Positions 30,489-43,934 are shown, counted from the stretch's first letter. The stretch is 64,000 bases of DNA from Breznakia sp. (GCA_045134375.1 JBGUVL010000012.1:2845-66844); one strand, 5' to 3'. Notes: a model not told the origin generated them from the sequence alone. Numbers and translations are program-made.

Positions 30489-32564
30489 TTAAGCAGCAGA
30501 GCGTTCTTTCATAATCTTTTCAGCGATGCTCTTTGGCACTTCTGAATAGTGATCGAACTTCATTGAATAGTTACCACGTCCTTGTGTGAATCCACGTAAA
30601 TCAGTAACATATCCAAACATTTCAGATAATGGAATCATTGCTCGTACAATGATTGCATTTCCTCTTTCTTCCTGACCTTCGATCATACCACGACGAGAGC
30701 TAACATCTCCCATTACAGAACCAAGATATTCTGCTGGTGCTGTTACTTCAACACACATAATTGGTTCTAGAATGACTGGTTTACACTTCTTAGCAGCTTC
30801 TTTCAATGCCATTGAAGCGGCAATTTTATATGCCATTTCGCTGGAATCGACATCATGGTAACTACCATCAAATAAAGTAGCTTTAATGTCAACAACTTCA
30901 TATCCAGCAACCATACCATTCTTTAATGCGGCTTCTGTACCTTCACCGATGGCCTTGATGTATTCCTTAGGAACACTTCCACCAACCGTTTTGTCTTCGA
31001 ATACAAATCCAGCACCTTCCTCATTTGGTTCAAAGTGAATCCAGACGTGACCATACTGTCCACGTCCACCTGACTGCTTAATATATTTACCTTCACAATC
31101 AGCTCCTTGACGAATTGTTTCACGATAAGATACCTGAGGAGCACCAATGTTTGCTTCCACTTTAAATTCTCTTCTCATACGGTCAACGATAATATCCAAG
31201 TGAAGTTCTCCAACACCAGCAATAATTGTCTGTCCTGTTTCTTCATCCGTATAAGTTTTAAATGTAGGATCTTCTTCTGCTAATTTTGCTAATGCCAATC
31301 CCATCTTATCCTGGTCACCCTTAGATTTAGGTTCTACCGCAACACGAATTACTGGTTCTGGGAATTCCATCGATTCCAAAATAACTGGATTCTTTTCATC
31401 ACATAGAGTATCTCCAGTAGTTGTATCTTTTAATCCAACTGCCGCAGCAATATCTCCAGAGTAAACCATAGAGATTTCTTTACGTTCATTGGCATGCATC
31501 TGCAAGATACGTCCAAAACGTTCTCTCTTACCTTTGGTAGAGTTTAATACATAAGTACCAGCACTCGCTGTACCAGAATAAACACGGAAGTAAGATAATT
31601 TACCAACAAATGGGTCTGTCATGATCTTAAATGCTAATGCTGAGAATGGTTCTTCATCACTAGAGTGACGTTCTGTTTCCTCACCATCAGGAGTTGTTCC
31701 TTTAATTGCAGGTACATCGGTTGGTGCAGGTAAATATTCAATAACCGCATCCAGCATCAACTGAACACCTTTATTCTTATAAGCACTACCGCACATTACT
31801 GGGAAGAATTCACCCGAACAAGTAGCCGTACGAATCGCAGCTTTGATCTGTTCAATGGAAGGTTCTTCTCCTTCCAATACCATCATCATGATCTCTTCAT
31901 CGAAGTCAGCTAACGCTTCACACAATGCGATACGTTTTTCTTCCATTTTATCTACTAGATATTCAGGAACTGGGATTTCTACTACGTTAACCCCTAATTC
32001 ACCTTCAAAATCGTAAGCTTTTCTTTCGATAATATCTACGATTCCTTCAAATGACTGTTCTGCACCAATTGGTAACTGAATTGGAGCACTCTTCGCACCT
32101 AAACGGTCAATGATTGTCTGACATGACATATCGAAGTCAGCACCAGTCGCATCCATTTTATTACAGAATACAATACGAGGTACGCCATAGGCACTTGCCT
32201 GACGCCATACCGTTTCAGTCTGAGGTTCTACCCCTGCCTTTGCATCCAAAACAGTAACAGCACCATCTAATACACGAAGGGAACGTTCTACTTCAACAGT
32301 GAAGTCAACGTGACCTGGAGTATCAATAATGTTAATACGATACCCTTTCCAGTGTGCCGTTGTTGCTGCTGACGTGATGGTAATACCACGTTCCTGTTCC
32401 TGCGCCATCCAGTCCATAGTAGAAGCACCATCGTGTGTTTCTCCAATTTTGTGGTTTACCCCAGTATAATACAGGATACGTTCTGTACATGTTGTTTTTC
32501 CGGCATCGATATGAGCCATGATACCAATATTACGAGTATGTGGTAAGTCGTATTCACGAGCCAT
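30489..32564 (-). CDS. fusA: Elongation factor G
   Basis: [21 protein letters not shown]. 691 aa. Confidence 0.95.
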   Translation of the reverse strand: MAREYDLPHTRNIGIMAHIDAGKTTCTERILYYTGVNHKIGETHDGASTMDWMAQEQERGITITSAATTAHWKGYRINIIDTPGHVDFTVEVERSLRVLDGAVTVLDAKAGVEPQTETVWRQASAYGVPRIVFCNKMDATGADFDMSCQTIIDRLGAKSAPIQLPIGAEQSFEGIVDIIERKAYDFEGELGVNVVEIPVPEYLVDKMEEKRIALCEALADFDEEIMMMVLEGEEPSIEQIKAAIRTATCSGEFFPVMCGSAYKNKGVQLMLDAVIEYLPAPTDVPAIKGTTPDGEETERHSSDEEPFSALAFKIMTDPFVGKLSYFRVYSGTASAGTYVLNSTKGKRERFGRILQMHANERKEISMVYSGDIAAAVGLKDTTTGDTLCDEKNPVILESMEFPEPVIRVAVEPKSKGDQDKMGLALAKLAEEDPTFKTYTDEETGQTIIAGVGELHLDIIVDRMRREFKVEANIGAPQVSYRETIRQGADCEGKYIKQSGGRGQYGHVWIHFEPNEEGAGFVFEDKTVGGSVPKEYIKAIGEGTEAALKNGMVAGYEVVDIKATLFDGSYHDVDSSEMAYKIAASMALKEAAKKCKPVILEPIMCVEVTAPAEYLGSVMGDVSSRRGMIEGQEERGNAIIVRAMIPLSEMFGYVTDLRGFTQGRGNYSMKFDHYSEVPKSIAEKIMKERSAA

Positions 32565-32582
32565 AGATTACGATACCTCCTA

Positions 32583-33053
32583 TTACCAACGATAGTGAGC
32601 AAATGCTTTGTTTGCTTCTGCCATCTTGTGTACATCTTCACGTTTTTTCACTGATGCACCTGTTCCATTAGCCGCATCCATAATTTCAGCAGCTAATCTC
32701 TGTTCCATTGTCTTTTCGTTTCTCAAACGAGCATAGTTTACAATCCAACGTAATCCTAAAGTTAAACGTCTTTCCTGAGAAACTTCAACTGGTACCTGGT
32801 AGTTTGAACCACCAACACGTCTAGCTTTTAGTTCTAGCATAGGCATAACGTTTTCTAATGCCTGTTCGAAAACTTCCATAGGCTTTCTTTCTGTTTTTAC
32901 TTCAATAATATCAAATGCGTTGTATAGAATGCTCTGAGCAACTCCTTTTTTACCATCGATCATGATTTTGTTAATCAGACGAGTAACAAGTTTCGAGTTG
33001 TAAATTGGATCCACTAATACATCACGCTTAGCAATATGACCTTTTCTTGGCAT
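32583..33053 (-). CDS. rpsG: 30S ribosomal protein S7
   Basis: S7 sequence. Confidence 0.95.
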   Translation of the reverse strand: MPRKGHIAKRDVLVDPIYNSKLVTRLINKIMIDGKKGVAQSILYNAFDIIEVKTERKPMEVFEQALENVMPMLELKARRVGGSNYQVPVEVSQERRLTLGLRWIVNYARLRNEKTMEQRLAAEIMDAANGTGASVKKREDVHKMAEANKAFAHYRW

Positions 33054-33082
33054 ATATATTTCCTCCTTTCAATCGTACTATC

Positions 33083-33496
33083 TTATTTCTTAGGTTTTTT
33101 TGTTCCGTATAATGAACGAGACTGGTTACGGTTATTAACACCAGCACAGTCTAATGTTCCACGGATAATGTGGTAACGTACCCCTGGTAAGTCCTTAACA
33201 CGTCCTCCACGAATCAACACAACGGAGTGTTCCTGTAAGTTGTGTCCAATACCTGGAATATAAGCAGTAACTTCCATACCATTACTTAAACGAACACGCG
33301 CATACTTTCTTAATGCAGAGTTTGGTTTCTTTGGTGTCATCGTACCAACACGTGTACAAACTCCTCTTTTCTGTGGTGAACTTAAGTTCGTAGGGCGACT
33401 CTTCAATGAGTTGTAACCTCTATTTAAAGCTGGTGATTTACTCATCCAAACTTTATCTGTACGACCTTTTCTTACTAACTGGTTAATTGTAGGCAT
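33083..33496 (-). CDS. rpsL: 30S ribosomal protein S12
   Basis: Start trimmed to [12 protein letters not shown] at 33496. Wild-type TPKKPNSA and RVKDLPGV motifs. Confidence 0.95.
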   Translation of the reverse strand: MPTINQLVRKGRTDKVWMSKSPALNRGYNSLKSRPTNLSSPQKRGVCTRVGTMTPKKPNSALRKYARVRLSNGMEVTAYIPGIGHNLQEHSVVLIRGGRVKDLPGVRYHIIRGTLDCAGVNNRNQSRSLYGTKKPKK

Positions 33497-33704
33497 ACAA
33501 AATTTCCTCCTTTCAAACTTTAACACACAATTCCGGGTGTGTCATGCCTTAGCTTAAGAAATGTTCCTTTTTCAAGGAACCTTTTTTCGCTAGCTTAATC
33601 ATAATAATATATTGCTCTTAGCATTGTCAATAGGAAATTGATTTTTTTATATTTTACTTTCTTTCCTATTCTCTATATAATACTATACAGGAGGATTATG
33701 AATT

Positions 33705-34523
33705 ATGATGGATCGTATCACATTAAAAGAATATGCAAAAAGAAAAGTAAATGGAAAACGCCTCATTATCTGGAAAGGTTTGCTTTATGTCATCGCCGGA
33801 AGCTTGATCGTATCATTGTTCACCCCTAGCAAAGCCATTGATATTGACGATTTACAATATACTGGTGAATTGCTTAACTATAGTAAATGGACTTTGATTT
33901 CTTCACTTATTACCGCCTTGCTCCTCAATCCTTTAAATTATGGATTTAATCAATATATGATGGATTTTGACCACGATGAAAGTGGGAATACTGGCGTCTT
34001 ATTTTCTCTCTATAAATATATCGTAAAAATATTTGTACTTAGTATGTTTATTACCATTGTAAGCCAATCTGTCACAATCTTAGGCTGGCTCATTATGGTC
34101 CTCTCACCATCAATTGATTCCTTTAACCACATCGATACCATTAGTTATATGTTAGTCGGCATTGGTCAATTTATTGGTATATATTTGTCTTTTTGTTTTG
34201 CTGCTGTCCCTTTTATTTTTAATGAAAACAAAGAACTGAGCATCATCGAAATCATGCAACTAAGCAATGCCATGATGCGTGGTCATAAAATGGAGTATTT
34301 TATTCTTGAATTCAGTTTCATTGGATGGTACCTACTTGGTGCTTTCACTTGTGGAATCCTTTACATCTGGATATTTCCTTATTCCTATTTCACAACCGCA
34401 AAATATTTCCTAGATTTAAAAAATGAATATTATCGAATCAATGGTGGCAATCATGATCGTTATGCCTTTTCTAGCGATAAAGAAACGATATCCGATGAGG
34501 AAGATCGTTTTACCATAGGATAA
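33705..34523 (+). CDS. DUF975-family integral membrane protein
   Basis: N-terminus M(M)DRITLKEYAKRKVNGK... and a multi-TM layout typical of DUF975. One of the few plus-strand genes in the window. Confidence 0.6.
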   Translation: MMDRITLKEYAKRKVNGKRLIIWKGLLYVIAGSLIVSLFTPSKAIDIDDLQYTGELLNYSKWTLISSLITALLLNPLNYGFNQYMMDFDHDESGNTGVLFSLYKYIVKIFVLSMFITIVSQSVTILGWLIMVLSPSIDSFNHIDTISYMLVGIGQFIGIYLSFCFAAVPFIFNENKELSIIEIMQLSNAMMRGHKMEYFILEFSFIGWYLLGAFTCGILYIWIFPYSYFTTAKYFLDLKNEYYRINGGNHDRYAFSSDKETISDEEDRFTIG

Positions 34524-34529
34524 GCAACG

Positions 34530-34580
34530 AAAAACGAAGCAGACCCTATTATGTCAAAAGTACTCTGCTTCGTTTTTTTT
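34530..34580. terminator. Bidirectional rho-independent terminator between convergent genes
   Basis: AAAACGAAGCAGA...TCTGCTTCGTTTT flanked by A and T runs. Serves the DUF975 gene (+) and the EIIA gene (-). Confidence 0.6.
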
Positions 34581-35031
34581 ATTCTACTTCACACAAATCT
34601 TCTAGAAAGCGAATTTCTCCATAATGGATGTTTTTTAATTCCCTAATTCCTAAGGAAGGGAATAAGATATGTGTATCGACATCATAATCAATTGATTTCA
34701 GGTAAGCCGTATCCATTTCCATTAAGAGATCCCCCTTTTTGATATCTTGCCCGTCGATCACATTGACTTTAAAGCCTTTCCCTGTCAATTTCTCGATATC
34801 CACCCCAATATGAATGACTAAGGCTATCCCATCATAACTGCGCAGAATGATGGCATGTTTGGTTTCAAACACAATCACCACTTGCCCATCAAAAGGTGCC
34901 ATAATCATATTACTAGTCGGCGTTACCAAAACACCATCCCCTGATAGTTTATCGGCAAATGCTTTATCTTTGCTTTCCTTTAGATTTTTTACAATTCCCT
35001 GCATGCAGGATGCTATTCGTATTCGTTCCAT
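34579..35031 (-). CDS. PTS glucose-family EIIA component (Crr-like), stand-alone
   Basis: GDGVLV.P....APFDG.V...FETKHAI and IHIGVD motifs (both conserved His residues). 150 aa. Confidence 0.8.
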   Translation of the reverse strand: MERIRIASCMQGIVKNLKESKDKAFADKLSGDGVLVTPTSNMIMAPFDGQVVIVFETKHAIILRSYDGIALVIHIGVDIEKLTGKGFKVNVIDGQDIKKGDLLMEMDTAYLKSIDYDVDTHILFPSLGIRELKNIHYGEIRFLEDLCEVE

Positions 35032-35115
35032 ACTTCTATTTTATCAAAAGTAATGCAAAAGAAAAGAGCACATAACATCTCCACACAATTTTACATTTTT
35101 TCAATTGCATTCTAT

Positions 35116-35153
35116 AAAAAAAATCGAATTATCCGAAGATAACTCGATTTTTT
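35116..35153 (-). terminator. Rho-independent terminator after rpoC
   Basis: Minus strand reads ATCGAGTTATC-ttcg-GATAATTCGAT followed by a T8 run. Confidence 0.65.
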
Positions 35154-35155
35154 GA

Positions 35156-38100
35156 TTATTCAATCACACTATCCGAAATATTCAGATTTGCTTCTTCAAT
35201 GCTTTGATCAAGAATATTGGCGTCTGACTCTGCGCTTACTTCTTTTGGCACAAAAGACATGATCGTATCTTTTTCATCTTCTTCTTTGTGATTGTGTGCA
35301 TCACGTTTTGCCCGAAGCTCTTCTGCTACTTCATAGATTTTAGTCGTTGATTCGCGTTCTACGGAAAGACCAGTTCCTGCAGGAATCATTTTTCCAATCA
35401 ACACATTTTCTTTAAGACCAATCAAGTGATCTGTCTTACCCTTAACAGCAGCATCGGTCAATACTTTTGTTGTTTCCTGGAAAGACGCCGCTGATAGGAA
35501 GGAATCGGTTTCCACAGATGCTTTCGTAATACCTAGCAATACGGGTGAGAATGTCGCTGGTTTTCCACCAGATAATAATGCGGTTCGATTAATCTTAGTA
35601 ATTTCATTTAAGGAAATCTGTACTCCTGGATTTAATCCAGTATCATTTCCTTCTAAGACAACTACCTTACGCAACATCTGACGAATCATTACTTCAATAT
35701 GTTTATCTGAAATATCAATACCCTGAGAAGCATATACTTTCTTAACTTCTTTTAAAATGTATTTCTGTACTTCACGCACCCCAGCAACTTCTAATAATTC
35801 TTTTGGTGCAACCGTACCTTCTGTGATCTTATCCCCAGCAATCAATTCGCTTCCTACTTTTAACCAACTACGAATTGTTTGTGTTGGAGCAATGTGGTGA
35901 ACAATACTTTCAGTTTCATTGGTAATTACAACTTCCGTACCATTAACACCCTCCAACTGATTGATTTCCGTAATAACACCTGTGATCTTAGCTAATACAC
36001 AGGCTCCCTTAGGAGTACGTGCTTCGAACAACTCTTCTACACGAGGAAGACCTTGCGTGATATCGCTACCTCCAGCTACCCCTCCGGTATGGAAAGTACG
36101 CATGGTCAGCTGAGTACCTGGTTCTCCAATGGATTGAGCCGCCATAACACCAACGGATTCACCCACTTCAACCACTTTACCTGTTGCCATATTTTTACCA
36201 TAGCATTTTTTACATACACCATGACTAGAACGACAAGTGAATGCGCTTCTGATATACATTCCCTTAACGCCTGCTTCTACGATTCGTTGTGCAGTTTCTT
36301 CATCCATATAAGTATCCGCATCTACTAACATTTCTCCTGTTTGTGGATGGTAAACGGCATCTTTTGAATAACGACCTACCAAACGATCATATAGTGATTC
36401 TACTATTTGATCCTGCTTACGATCACGAATTTCTTCTACCCAGAATCCTTTATCCGTTCCACAATCTTCTTCACGGACAACAACATCCTGCGCAACATCT
36501 ACCAAACGTCTAGTTAGATATCCTGATTCCGCTGTCTTCAACGCCGTATCGGTCATACCTTTACGCACACCATGAGTAGAAATAAAGAATTCCGACACAT
36601 TTAATCCTTCACGGAAACAAGAATAAATAGGAACTTCAATTACGGAAGGCTGATATCCTTTTGCTGATTTGGACTGGGAAGGCTTTGCCATCAGACCACG
36701 CATACCAGCTAGCTGAGTAAAGTTGGAATCATTACCACGAGCTCCTGAAGTCGCCATCATGTTAATTGGATTCTTGCGAGCAATAGCAGCTTTAAACTCC
36801 GCTAGAATATCTTTTTTAACATCATCCCATAATTTGTTTAGATGACGTTCCCATTCCTGCATGGTTAGTTTACCTTTATTACGTAACTTCATCAGTTCTG
36901 CCGCTTTTTCTTTACCGTAAGCAACATGTTCCTCTTTATGTGGAGCAACCTCGATATCGGCCAAAGATACTGTAATACCTGCTACCGTAGAATATTTAAA
37001 TCCATTATCCTTAATAGCATCCAAAATCTCACTTGTCTGTTCTGTATTATAGCACTTAAACACCTGAGCGATCACCGAACCAAGGTCTTTTTTCTTCATC
37101 GCACCAACAATTGGCATTTCCTTAATGGCAGCTTTAATATCCGTTCCCATTGGTAGGAAATAGCGATCTGGTGTCGCTTCAAAGTTTTCTTCTGTGATTT
37201 CGTTAATATATGGGAAATCACTTGGGAAAATTTGATTGAAAATTACCTTACCAACCGTAGTCACTAAGTAGGAGTTATTTTGTTCTTCACTAAATCCTTC
37301 TTTTTCAAGCGTTTTTGCTAGTAAAGCAATTCTCGTGTGCAAGTGTACCTGTTTTGTGTCATAAGCCATTAATACTTCATTGACACTATGATAAACATGA
37401 CCTTCATTTTCTCCATAGCGACGCCATAGTTTTGCTTCTTCTTCACAACCTAAACGAGCATAGTTTTCCGATTCTGCGAAGAATTCTTCTTGTGTTTCTT
37501 CCATTGTTAAATAGAAGTTTCCCATGACCATGTCCTGACCTGGCGTTACGATTGGTTTTCCATCCTTAGGCCCTAGAATGTTGTTGCTTCCCAACATCAG
37601 TACTAAAGCTTCTGCTCTTGCTTCTTCACTTAACGGTAAGTGAACCGCCATCTGATCTCCATCGAAATCGGCGTTAAACGCACCACAAACAAGTGGATGA
37701 AGACGAATTGCACGTCCTTCGACTAATTTTGGCTTAAACGCCTGAATTCCTAAACGGTGTAGTGTTGGGGCACGGTTCAATAACACTGGGTGTCCATCAA
37801 TAACATCTTCAACAATATCCCAAACGCGTGGATCTAATTTATCAATAAGCTTTTCTGCTGTCTTAGGATTGCTTGCAATTTCCCGGTTTACAATTTCATT
37901 GATTACATAAGGTTTGAACAACTGAATTGCCATCTCTCTAGGAATACCACACTGGTACATCTTTAAGTCTGGTCCTACCGCAATAACCGAACGTCCTGAG
38001 AAATCAACACGTTTTCCTAACAGGTTTTGACGGAAACGCCCTTGCTTTCCTTTTAATGAATGAGAAAGCGATTTTAAAGCACGTCCTCCAGCACCAGTGA

Positions 38101-39013
38101 TTGGTTTACTTCTTCGACCATTGTCAATCAGAGCATCGACAGCTTCCTGTAACATACGTTTTTCATTCTGTACGATGATTGCCGGTGTTCCTAGCTCTAA
38201 CAGTTTCTTTAAACGATTATTACGAGTGATAACACGACGGTATAGATCGTTTAAATCGCTTGTCGCAAAACGTCCCCCATCCAGCTGCAACATTGGTCTT
38301 AAATCAGGTGGTATTACTGGTAACACCGTTAATACCATCCACTCTGGTTTATTTCCAGAATTACGGAACGCATTCACCGTTTCCAAACGTTTAATCAATT
38401 TTTTACGTTTTTCTCCCTGTGCGCTTTCCAATTGTGCCTGAATCTCTTTGTATTCCTTTTCTACGTTACATTCTTTTAATAACTGTAGAACAGCTTCTGC
38501 CCCTGTCTTCGCTTCAAAGGAACCAGGTCCATACAGAGCCATATTCTCGCGATATTCTTTTTCTGATAATACTTGTTTGTATTCTAAATTCGTATCCTTT
38601 GGATTTGTTACGATCCAAGAAACAAAGTAAACTACTTCTTCTAACTGTTTTGGGGTCACATTTAACAGTAAGCCAATACGTGAAGGAGTTCCACGCAGAT
38701 ACCAGATGTGCGCTACTGGTGCTGCTAATGCGATATGTCCCATACGTTCACGACGCACACTTGATTTTGTGATTTCTACCCCACAGCGATCACAAATTAC
38801 ACCTTTATAGCGAACCTTCTTGTATTTACCACAATAACATTCCCAATCCTTGCTTGGTCCGAAAATTCTTTCACAGAACAAACCATCTCGTTCCGGCTTC
38901 TGAGAACGATAGTTGATCGTTTCCGGTTTTTTCACTTCTCCATATGACCATTCCAGAATTCGCTCTGGAGAAGCCAAATTGATCTGGATTGAGGCAAAAT
39001 CATTTACACTCAT
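35156..39013 (-). CDS. rpoC: DNA-directed RNA polymerase subunit beta-prime
   Basis: [12 protein letters not shown] catalytic motif. Start trimmed to [13 protein letters not shown] at 39011-39013 behind GGAGGT. Acidic C-terminal extension. Confidence 0.95.
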   Translation of the reverse strand: MSVNDFASIQINLASPERILEWSYGEVKKPETINYRSQKPERDGLFCERIFGPSKDWECYCGKYKKVRYKGVICDRCGVEITKSSVRRERMGHIALAAPVAHIWYLRGTPSRIGLLLNVTPKQLEEVVYFVSWIVTNPKDTNLEYKQVLSEKEYRENMALYGPGSFEAKTGAEAVLQLLKECNVEKEYKEIQAQLESAQGEKRKKLIKRLETVNAFRNSGNKPEWMVLTVLPVIPPDLRPMLQLDGGRFATSDLNDLYRRVITRNNRLKKLLELGTPAIIVQNEKRMLQEAVDALIDNGRRSKPITGAGGRALKSLSHSLKGKQGRFRQNLLGKRVDFSGRSVIAVGPDLKMYQCGIPREMAIQLFKPYVINEIVNREIASNPKTAEKLIDKLDPRVWDIVEDVIDGHPVLLNRAPTLHRLGIQAFKPKLVEGRAIRLHPLVCGAFNADFDGDQMAVHLPLSEEARAEALVLMLGSNNILGPKDGKPIVTPGQDMVMGNFYLTMEETQEEFFAESENYARLGCEEEAKLWRRYGENEGHVYHSVNEVLMAYDTKQVHLHTRIALLAKTLEKEGFSEEQNNSYLVTTVGKVIFNQIFPSDFPYINEITEENFEATPDRYFLPMGTDIKAAIKEMPIVGAMKKKDLGSVIAQVFKCYNTEQTSEILDAIKDNGFKYSTVAGITVSLADIEVAPHKEEHVAYGKEKAAELMKLRNKGKLTMQEWERHLNKLWDDVKKDILAEFKAAIARKNPINMMATSGARGNDSNFTQLAGMRGLMAKPSQSKSAKGYQPSVIEVPIYSCFREGLNVSEFFISTHGVRKGMTDTALKTAESGYLTRRLVDVAQDVVVREEDCGTDKGFWVEEIRDRKQDQIVESLYDRLVGRYSKDAVYHPQTGEMLVDADTYMDEETAQRIVEAGVKGMYIRSAFTCRSSHGVCKKCYGKNMATGKVVEVGESVGVMAAQSIGEPGTQLTMRTFHTGGVAGGSDITQGLPRVEELFEARTPKGACVLAKITGVITEINQLEGVNGTEVVITNETESIVHHIAPTQTIRSWLKVGSELIAGDKITEGTVAPKELLEVAGVREVQKYILKEVKKVYASQGIDISDKHIEVMIRQMLRKVVVLEGNDTGLNPGVQISLNEITKINRTALLSGGKPATFSPVLLGITKASVETDSFLSAASFQETTKVLTDAAVKGKTDHLIGLKENVLIGKMIPAGTGLSVERESTTKIYEVAEELRAKRDAHNHKEEDEKDTIMSFVPKEVSAESDANILDQSIEEANLNISDSVIE

Positions 39014-39029
39014 TATTTTTACCTCCTTC

Positions 39030-42000
39030 TTAATCCAACGCACTTAAAAGTGCATCCATATCATCCAGATGATCGGATTCACTATTTGCTTCTTCTTGAT
39101 CCGCAATCAGTGTTTCATCTTCATCTGCTACAACACCTTTTAATTCTTTTTCCAGTTCAGCAGCATCCTTATCATTTAATGTTGGACCTTGTGCTTCTTC
39201 TGGTTTTGCAATTGGTGTGTTATCATCATCCATCTTATCAAGACGAACTTCATTTCCTTCTTCATCAAACATTTTCACATCCAGTGCTAATGCTTGCAGT
39301 TCGTGTACCAATACACGGAATGATTCAGGAATTCCAGCTTCTGGAATATCTTTTCCTTTGATAATGGCTTCGTAAGTCTTAGTACGTCCCTGAATATCAT
39401 CGGATTTAATTGTTAAAATTTCTTGTAATGTATGAGCTGCACCATAAGCCTCCAATGCCCAAACTTCCATTTCTCCAAAACGTTGTCCACCATTCTGCGC
39501 TTTCCCACCTAATGGTTGCTGCGTTACTAATGAGTATGGACCAGTAGCACGAGCATGTAGCTTATCATCAACCATGTGAGCCAGTTTAATCATATACATG
39601 ACACCGACTGAAATTCTCTCATCGAATGCTTCCCCAGTACGTCCATCGTAAAGAACTTGTTTTCCATCTTCACTCATACCTGCTTCATTCATGATATCAC
39701 TTAATTCTTCATTGTTGATTCCATCAAATACTGGTGTCGCAAATTTAACTCCTAATTTCTTAGCAGCAAATCCTAAATGCATTTCTAGTACCTGTCCAAT
39801 GTTCATACGAGAAGGCACCCCAAATGGATTTAACATGATATCAACCGAACGTCCATCTGCCATGAATGGCATATCTTCCACTGGTAAAATTTTCGAGATG
39901 ACACCTTTGTTTCCATGGCGTCCAGCCATTTTATCTCCCTCTGAAATTTTACGTTTTTGAACAATGAATACTTTTACCGATTCATTTACTCCAGGAGGTA
40001 AATCATATCCTTCACTGCGTTTAAAGACACGAACACTGTGGACAATACCGGCTCCACCATGAGGTACTTTTAATGAATTATCTCTTACTTCTCTTGATTT
40101 TTCACCGAAAATAGCTAACAACAATTTCTCTTCTGGCGAGATTTCGCTCTGTCCTTTTGGTGTTACTTTACCAACTAGGATATCTCCTTCTTTTACTTCA
40201 GCACCTACCATAACAATTCCGCGAGAATCTAGATTACGACATGCGGCTTCCGAAGCATTAGGAATATCTCTTGTGATCTCTTCTGGTCCTAATTTTGTAT
40301 CACGGCAATCAATGTCATAATCCTCGATGTGCACAGAAGTATAAACATCATCACGAACCAAACGTTCGCTCATGATAATCGCGTCTTCATAGTTATATCC
40401 ATACCAAGTCATATACGCAATCAATGCATTTTGTCCTAATGCAAGTTCCCCGTTTTCCATAGATGGACCATCAACAATGACATCCCCTTTTTCAATACGT
40501 TCCCCTTTGGTAACGATTGGTCTTTGGTTAATGCTGGTACCAGCATTGGAACATTCAAACTTACGCAATTTGTATTCGCGTTTTCCATCTTTTTCTGCAA
40601 CAACGACCTTCGTCGCATCGACATATTCAACAATTCCGTCTTCTTTCGCAACGATACCACTACCGGAATCTTTGGCGATTACATGCTCTACTCCGGTTCC
40701 AACAAATGGCGAATGTGGATTGATCAAAGGAACTGCCTGACGTTGCATGTTGGCACCCATTAAAGCACGAGAAGCATCGTCATTTTCCAAGAATGGAATA
40801 CATGCCGTTGCCACGGATACAATCTGTTTTGGACTGACATCAGCTAATTCTACCTGTTCGCGTTTTGCTAAGATCGTTTCCCCATTTTGACGTGCAACGA
40901 CTTGTTCATTTACTAAACGACCATCGATAACCTCGTTTGACTGGGCAATGATATAGTCTGCTTCTTCATCAGCACTTAAATAAACAGCATTTTCCTGTAC
41001 GGTTCCATCTGGGTTTACAATACGGTATGGTGTTTGAATGAAACCATATTCATTAATTCTTCCATACGTTGTCAGATTGGAAATTAACCCGATGTTTGGA
41101 CCTTCCGGTGTTTCAATTGGACAAATTCTTCCATAGTGAGATGAGTGTACATCTCGAACTTCATAACTTGCACGATCTCTAGTGATACCACCTGGACCTA
41201 ATGCAGAAATACGACGTTTATTGGTCAATTCTGCTAATGGGTTTTGCTGGTCCATAAACTGCGACAACTGAGAACTTGAGAAAAACTCTTTGATTGCTGC
41301 CGTAAGTGGACGAATATTCGTTAATTTCTTTGGTGTTAATGTCTCAATTTCAGCGATGGACATTCTTTCCTTTACCACGCGTTCCATACGAGACAAACCA
41401 ATTCTAAACTGATTCTGAATCAGTTCTCCCACCGAACGGATACGACGGTTTCCTAACATATCAATATCATCGGTATCTCCAATACCTTCCATGATATTTA
41501 ATGTGTAGGAATACAACGCATACATATCGGATACGGTAATAGTATGTTTATTAGCAAATGGATCATTTCCAATTAATTTTACTACATGTCCGTCATCTGC
41601 CGAAATCTTCACTTCTTGAACCGCACATCCAATTAACCAAGCCGTTACTTTTTCACCATTATCCACGATCGCTTTCACAGCGCTTGTAGCGGCATTGCTT
41701 AAAGGAGCATTTTTATCTTTGCAGACAAAATCGAAAGTGTAAACTTCACCATTTTCGTCCACTAAGTCATTTCCATTCGCATCAACCAAACGACCTAAAG
41801 AATATAGACGTTGACCATAGTTCATTACAGCAGCGAAGTTATCCTGTGTCAATTCGACATCTTTCGCTACCACACCGGCATAAACCGTAATTTCATTGCC
41901 TTCCTTTAAAAGCAATGCAACATCTTCTTTTGTTAACACGCTTCCTTCATTTAATGTCTTACTATCTAACTCAACATCTTCCGCTAAGATACGGCCAATC

Positions 42001-43232
42001 AGACCATTCGCATGAGTTACTGGCATTGTTACTTTATCTTCATGGTGGAACAAAGTATTGTATGGGAACGCAGAAACATGGACTCCCTTTTTCAACTCTT
42101 CACGCAATGCATTGCGTACTTCGCGATTCACATAAGTACCAGATTTGAATAATACTTCACCATTCCCATCCATAATGTCTTGGGCTAGATAATTTTTATA
42201 CATACGATCAACAACAAACAGCTTCTTGCCTAATTTATAACGTCCTGCTTTTGTCAAATCATAGCGTCTAGCATCAAAGAATTTAGCGTTCATCAATGTA
42301 ATGGAACCATCCAATGTTGGGATTTCATCACTTCGCTGATTCTCATATAAATTCAACAATGCTTCTTGCGTTGTTGTAACTTTGTCACTCATCAATGTAT
42401 TTTCTACTTCTTCATATTTACCGAAGAATGTATCATACAATGTCAAATAAAGTTCTAAGAATTCACGTTCTTCACTATCCTGAGGAATATCTTCTACCAC
42501 TTCTCTACCTAAAGCAGCAAGGAACTTCTTCATTAAAGAAGCATCAAAAGAATCGTCATTGCGATCCAGATCCACAGACATACCGATGGCTTTGAATAAA
42601 ATCGTAGATAGCATTTTACGTTTTCTATCTACTGACATACTTAAAATACGTCCGTTTGTTTGCTTCTTAATTTCTGTCATGAATTCCAACCATGTACCAC
42701 GGCTAGGAATTAATTCCGATGCATAGGTTTCACGCCCTGTCTTATCTTCAAATCCACTTGAAAAATAAGCCCCTGGTGAACGTACGATCTGCGATACAAT
42801 GACACGTTCTGCTCCATTGATAATGAAAGTACCCGTTTCTGTCATCAATGGAAAATCACCTAAAAATACATCTTCTTGCTTACTGATTAATTCTCCGGTC
42901 GCACTGTCTTCAATTTCGAGTTCCATTTTTGCTTTTAATGGAGCAGCGAAGTTGATTTCACGGTAACGAGATTCTTCGGCATTGAATTTTGGTTCACAGA
43001 ATTCATACCCGGCAAATTTCAGTTTAATATTTCCAGCATAGTTCTGGATTGGGTAAATTTCTTCAAAAACTTCCTTTACCCCTTCTTTGATAAACCACTC
43101 AAAAGAATCCGTTTGAATCTCTACCAAGTTAGGCATCGGTAAAGTTCCACTTACTTTTGAATAGTCACGTCTTGTTGCCTTTTTACCTTCAGCAACAACT
43201 TTGTAAGTTTCTTTTTTTGCCATGAAAGCCAT
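39030..43232 (-). CDS. rpoB: DNA-directed RNA polymerase subunit beta (unusually long, 1400 aa)
   Basis: Conserved beta blocks are present, such as the [33 protein letters not shown] cluster I region and the [15 protein letters not shown] block. Contains a large lineage-specific insertion and an acidic tail. Confidence 0.95.
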   Translation of the reverse strand: MAFMAKKETYKVVAEGKKATRRDYSKVSGTLPMPNLVEIQTDSFEWFIKEGVKEVFEEIYPIQNYAGNIKLKFAGYEFCEPKFNAEESRYREINFAAPLKAKMELEIEDSATGELISKQEDVFLGDFPLMTETGTFIINGAERVIVSQIVRSPGAYFSSGFEDKTGRETYASELIPSRGTWLEFMTEIKKQTNGRILSMSVDRKRKMLSTILFKAIGMSVDLDRNDDSFDASLMKKFLAALGREVVEDIPQDSEEREFLELYLTLYDTFFGKYEEVENTLMSDKVTTTQEALLNLYENQRSDEIPTLDGSITLMNAKFFDARRYDLTKAGRYKLGKKLFVVDRMYKNYLAQDIMDGNGEVLFKSGTYVNREVRNALREELKKGVHVSAFPYNTLFHHEDKVTMPVTHANGLIGRILAEDVELDSKTLNEGSVLTKEDVALLLKEGNEITVYAGVVAKDVELTQDNFAAVMNYGQRLYSLGRLVDANGNDLVDENGEVYTFDFVCKDKNAPLSNAATSAVKAIVDNGEKVTAWLIGCAVQEVKISADDGHVVKLIGNDPFANKHTITVSDMYALYSYTLNIMEGIGDTDDIDMLGNRRIRSVGELIQNQFRIGLSRMERVVKERMSIAEIETLTPKKLTNIRPLTAAIKEFFSSSQLSQFMDQQNPLAELTNKRRISALGPGGITRDRASYEVRDVHSSHYGRICPIETPEGPNIGLISNLTTYGRINEYGFIQTPYRIVNPDGTVQENAVYLSADEEADYIIAQSNEVIDGRLVNEQVVARQNGETILAKREQVELADVSPKQIVSVATACIPFLENDDASRALMGANMQRQAVPLINPHSPFVGTGVEHVIAKDSGSGIVAKEDGIVEYVDATKVVVAEKDGKREYKLRKFECSNAGTSINQRPIVTKGERIEKGDVIVDGPSMENGELALGQNALIAYMTWYGYNYEDAIIMSERLVRDDVYTSVHIEDYDIDCRDTKLGPEEITRDIPNASEAACRNLDSRGIVMVGAEVKEGDILVGKVTPKGQSEISPEEKLLLAIFGEKSREVRDNSLKVPHGGAGIVHSVRVFKRSEGYDLPPGVNESVKVFIVQKRKISEGDKMAGRHGNKGVISKILPVEDMPFMADGRSVDIMLNPFGVPSRMNIGQVLEMHLGFAAKKLGVKFATPVFDGINNEELSDIMNEAGMSEDGKQVLYDGRTGEAFDERISVGVMYMIKLAHMVDDKLHARATGPYSLVTQQPLGGKAQNGGQRFGEMEVWALEAYGAAHTLQEILTIKSDDIQGRTKTYEAIIKGKDIPEAGIPESFRVLVHELQALALDVKMFDEEGNEVRLDKMDDDNTPIAKPEEAQGPTLNDKDAAELEKELKGVVADEDETLIADQEEANSESDHLDDMDALLSALD

Positions 43233-43331
43233 CCTTTCTTCTATAAAATAACGACAAAATAGGCATAAAAGCCCAGTTTAATTATCGTATTATTATGCAA
43301 TTTTATATGTTAACAATAAATTGTCAAATTG

Positions 43332-43934
43332 TCAATGCTTTTTGGCATTTAAGATATAATACCCCTTGTCCTTTTTGACCACAATACAATTCCCAAATAC
43401 CGATTCAATCTTAGCTTTGGCACTATTGGCACCATGTGATTTGCGAATCACTACCCAAAGATTTCCATCTTGGCGCAAGTGATCATAAGCTTTTGTAAAC
43501 ATCTCATAGATCACCGCTTTTCCGGCACGGATAGGAGGATTTGTGATAATATCACTAAAATCTTTATCACTCACATTTTCATAACAGTTGGATTCATAGA
43601 TGGAAACATCTACATTATTACGTATCGCATTTTCTTTTGCTAAAAGCAATGCACGACCATTTACATCTACCATTTGAAAGGAACTGTTAGGAAATATTTT
43701 TTTTAAAATGATGCCGATTGGACCTATCCCACATCCTAAATCTAAAATTTTCTCCCCTAACGTCTGCTTACTGACCACTTCTAGCAGCACTCGAGTTCCC
43801 ATATCAATGCCATCTTTCGAAAAAACACCATTGTCTAAAACGAAGGAATAATTAAAACACCAAAACCGGAAAGAAATCTCCTTCCGGTTGCTTTTCAAAT
43901 GTTGGTTATCATCAAAATAATGACTCATACTCAC
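43332..43934 (-). CDS. Class I SAM-dependent methyltransferase (RsmC/YbxB-like, small MTase domain)
   Basis: ILDLGCGIGPIG SAM motif and a TNPPIRAG (NPPxH/R-type) motif. Same rplL-rpoB intergenic position as B. subtilis ybxB. Confidence 0.75.
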   Translation of the reverse strand: MSMSHYFDDNQHLKSNRKEISFRFWCFNYSFVLDNGVFSKDGIDMGTRVLLEVVSKQTLGEKILDLGCGIGPIGIILKKIFPNSSFQMVDVNGRALLLAKENAIRNNVDVSIYESNCYENVSDKDFSDIITNPPIRAGKAVIYEMFTKAYDHLRQDGNLWVVIRKSHGANSAKAKIESVFGNCIVVKKDKGYYILNAKKH

